Source: Rhodosorus marinus CCMP1338
Lineage: Eukaryota > Plantae > Rhodophyta
DNA: 64,000 bases
Direction of reading: 5' to 3'
Assembly: GCA_029953675.1 (NCBI GenBank)
Contig: JAMWBK010000002.1
Location: 620,001-684,000, forward strand
In this document: in pieces, positions 62,681 to 64,000 of the stretch
Numbering within the stretch: the stretch's first letter is position 1
How the letters are laid out: each line of letters starts with the position of its first letter
Made by a program: the position numbers and the translations under genes
The notes under the pieces: generated by a model
Told to the model about the DNA's origin: nothing
Databases searched by the model: none
The model's input: the letters and a program-made list of their open reading frames with translations, nothing else

Positions 62681-63481
62681 ATGGGTCAATCTAGAAGCAA
62701 ACCGCAACAGACTGCGTCTACGCTTAAGCTCGTTGCAAATGACGAGGATGGCGGCGGTCCGAGTATTCCTGGATTGGCCATGGAAGCTGGTGATTACGAG
62801 GAGGTTGTCACGCAGATGGAGAGTGCGAGGAAGGCCGATACTGTAGCATTTCAACAGCGACAGGAGGAGCTTTCTAGCCGTCAGAGGGCAGAGGGAAGCG
62901 CACAAGCATCTATTGAGGAGAACAGCAGGCTGACGACGCAGCTTGTCAAGTCTATCGAAGATCAATATCAAGTTGAGGGAGCTGTTGGTGAAAGCGTTAG
63001 CTCTCAAAAGATAAACAAGCTTATTAAGGCTATAGAAGTAGCATCCGAGGAAGCAAATGGCGTCACTGCTGAGGATAGACCACCGCAAGAGTTCAGCACT
63101 ACCAAGGGGAGCTTTGTTGCGAAGAAAGCTAAAGCCTACGCAAAGAAGGACAAGCGCGCCCGTAGGAGGACAAGTGAAGAGAAGTTCGCAAGGGACCAGC
63201 AGATACGGGAATACAACAAGATCGCTGAACACCTTCGCGCGCGCTTCGATCTCGACGCAGTATTAGCGGCCGCGGGTTTGAGTTTTGAGCAACTCGTTGA
63301 GGAGCAACCGGAAGACTTTCTCAGGTTGTACTTCCGCAGCAAATATATACTTGGGGAAACTGAACATTCCCGAAAGGAGACATCGTATCAGGAGGTTGAA
63401 GACGCGATTAGGTTATCGAAGGCTCATTTGCTCCAAGCAGCGGAGAAAGGAAAGGATACCGCGCCATTTGTTCTTAGCTGA
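62681..63481 (+). CDS. Hypothetical protein with N-myristoylation motif
   Basis: Long single ORF; ATG at 62681 gives MGQSRS (MGxxxS); charged coiled-coil composition; no recognised domain. Confidence 0.6.
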   Translation: MGQSRSKPQQTASTLKLVANDEDGGGPSIPGLAMEAGDYEEVVTQMESARKADTVAFQQRQEELSSRQRAEGSAQASIEENSRLTTQLVKSIEDQYQVEGAVGESVSSQKINKLIKAIEVASEEANGVTAEDRPPQEFSTTKGSFVAKKAKAYAKKDKRARRRTSEEKFARDQQIREYNKIAEHLRARFDLDAVLAAAGLSFEQLVEEQPEDFLRLYFRSKYILGETEHSRKETSYQEVEDAIRLSKAHLLQAAEKGKDTAPFVLS

Positions 63482-64000
63482 GTAGCTTTTTATTTTGTCG
63501 TATCGGGTTGGCTTCTCAGAAGGCAGCACTCCGCGGGGTTCGGACGCTGGGCAGCGCTGTTACATACAGATTCTGCCCTTCTGCCTGGCCCTTGACCACC
63601 GGATCCTTGAAAATCGGGCTATCCATTCCAGGCGTTTACTGACTTAGATTCAGCATATTATTGTTTAACATCTTATTCAACGTATGTAAATATTTGAACA
63701 GATTGGGGAAGAACAGGTGTACGAGATGCCAGGCCGTGTGGAGCTCCATGCAACGCTTGCGGACTGTGCAAGTTATCTCGACATAATTTAGAGCATTGAA
63801 TCGCAGATGTGAAGCAACCAACGTAATAACATCATCGCAAGCGAAGGCGACAATAAATTCATCAGCTCCGCGCCCGCTGTTGGGGGAAGGAATATCTCTG
63901 CTTGAAGCCACGCTTCACGTTTAGATAAATAGTAGTAGCCCAAACACACGTAGCCGGCCCTTCTCCTCCACTGACCTTTCTCAAAATCATGAAGTGCCGA

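Noticed and set aside
1-64000. CRISPR array, transposase, retroelement, rRNA or spliceosomal snRNA genes
   Set aside because: No regularly spaced direct repeats, no RT/integrase/DDE motifs, and no extended matches to conserved rRNA or U1/U2/U5/U6 motifs were seen

Overview
Gene-dense eukaryotic nuclear DNA with many short (about 60-120 nt) GT-AG introns, so most six-frame ORFs are single exons or antisense shadows. Plastid transit peptides starting M-x-(x)-F/GF (FAD4, UhpC, a lumen protein), a UhpC-type transporter and a cytosolic FBPase point to an intron-rich red alga (inference). About 25 genes are recognisable, mostly housekeeping: bL36m, mitochondrial EF-G, Puf6/PUM24, FBPase, POP4, MDP1, UhpC, CHMP7, Dus, FAD4, COG5, NOP56, SNAPC3, ERO1, RPS28, Asterix, NAXD, PSS. 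Three unusual architectures stand out. (1) A 7-exon, 815-aa N-myristoylated Macro-like + TIR + Raf-like kinase whose TIR lacks the catalytic Glu, a candidate undescribed immune-type signalling protein. (2) A Pus1 pseudouridine synthase apparently fused to a catalytically dead galactokinase fold. (3) An intronless degenerate-LAGLIDADG + dUTPase fusion. Also present: a WWE-WWE-RING (Deltex-like) ligase, an actinobacterial-looking DusB, a perfect 35-bp hairpin and a 28-bp inverted repeat. No rRNA, tRNA, CRISPR array or transposase was found. All family calls are by motif recognition only; no database search was run.
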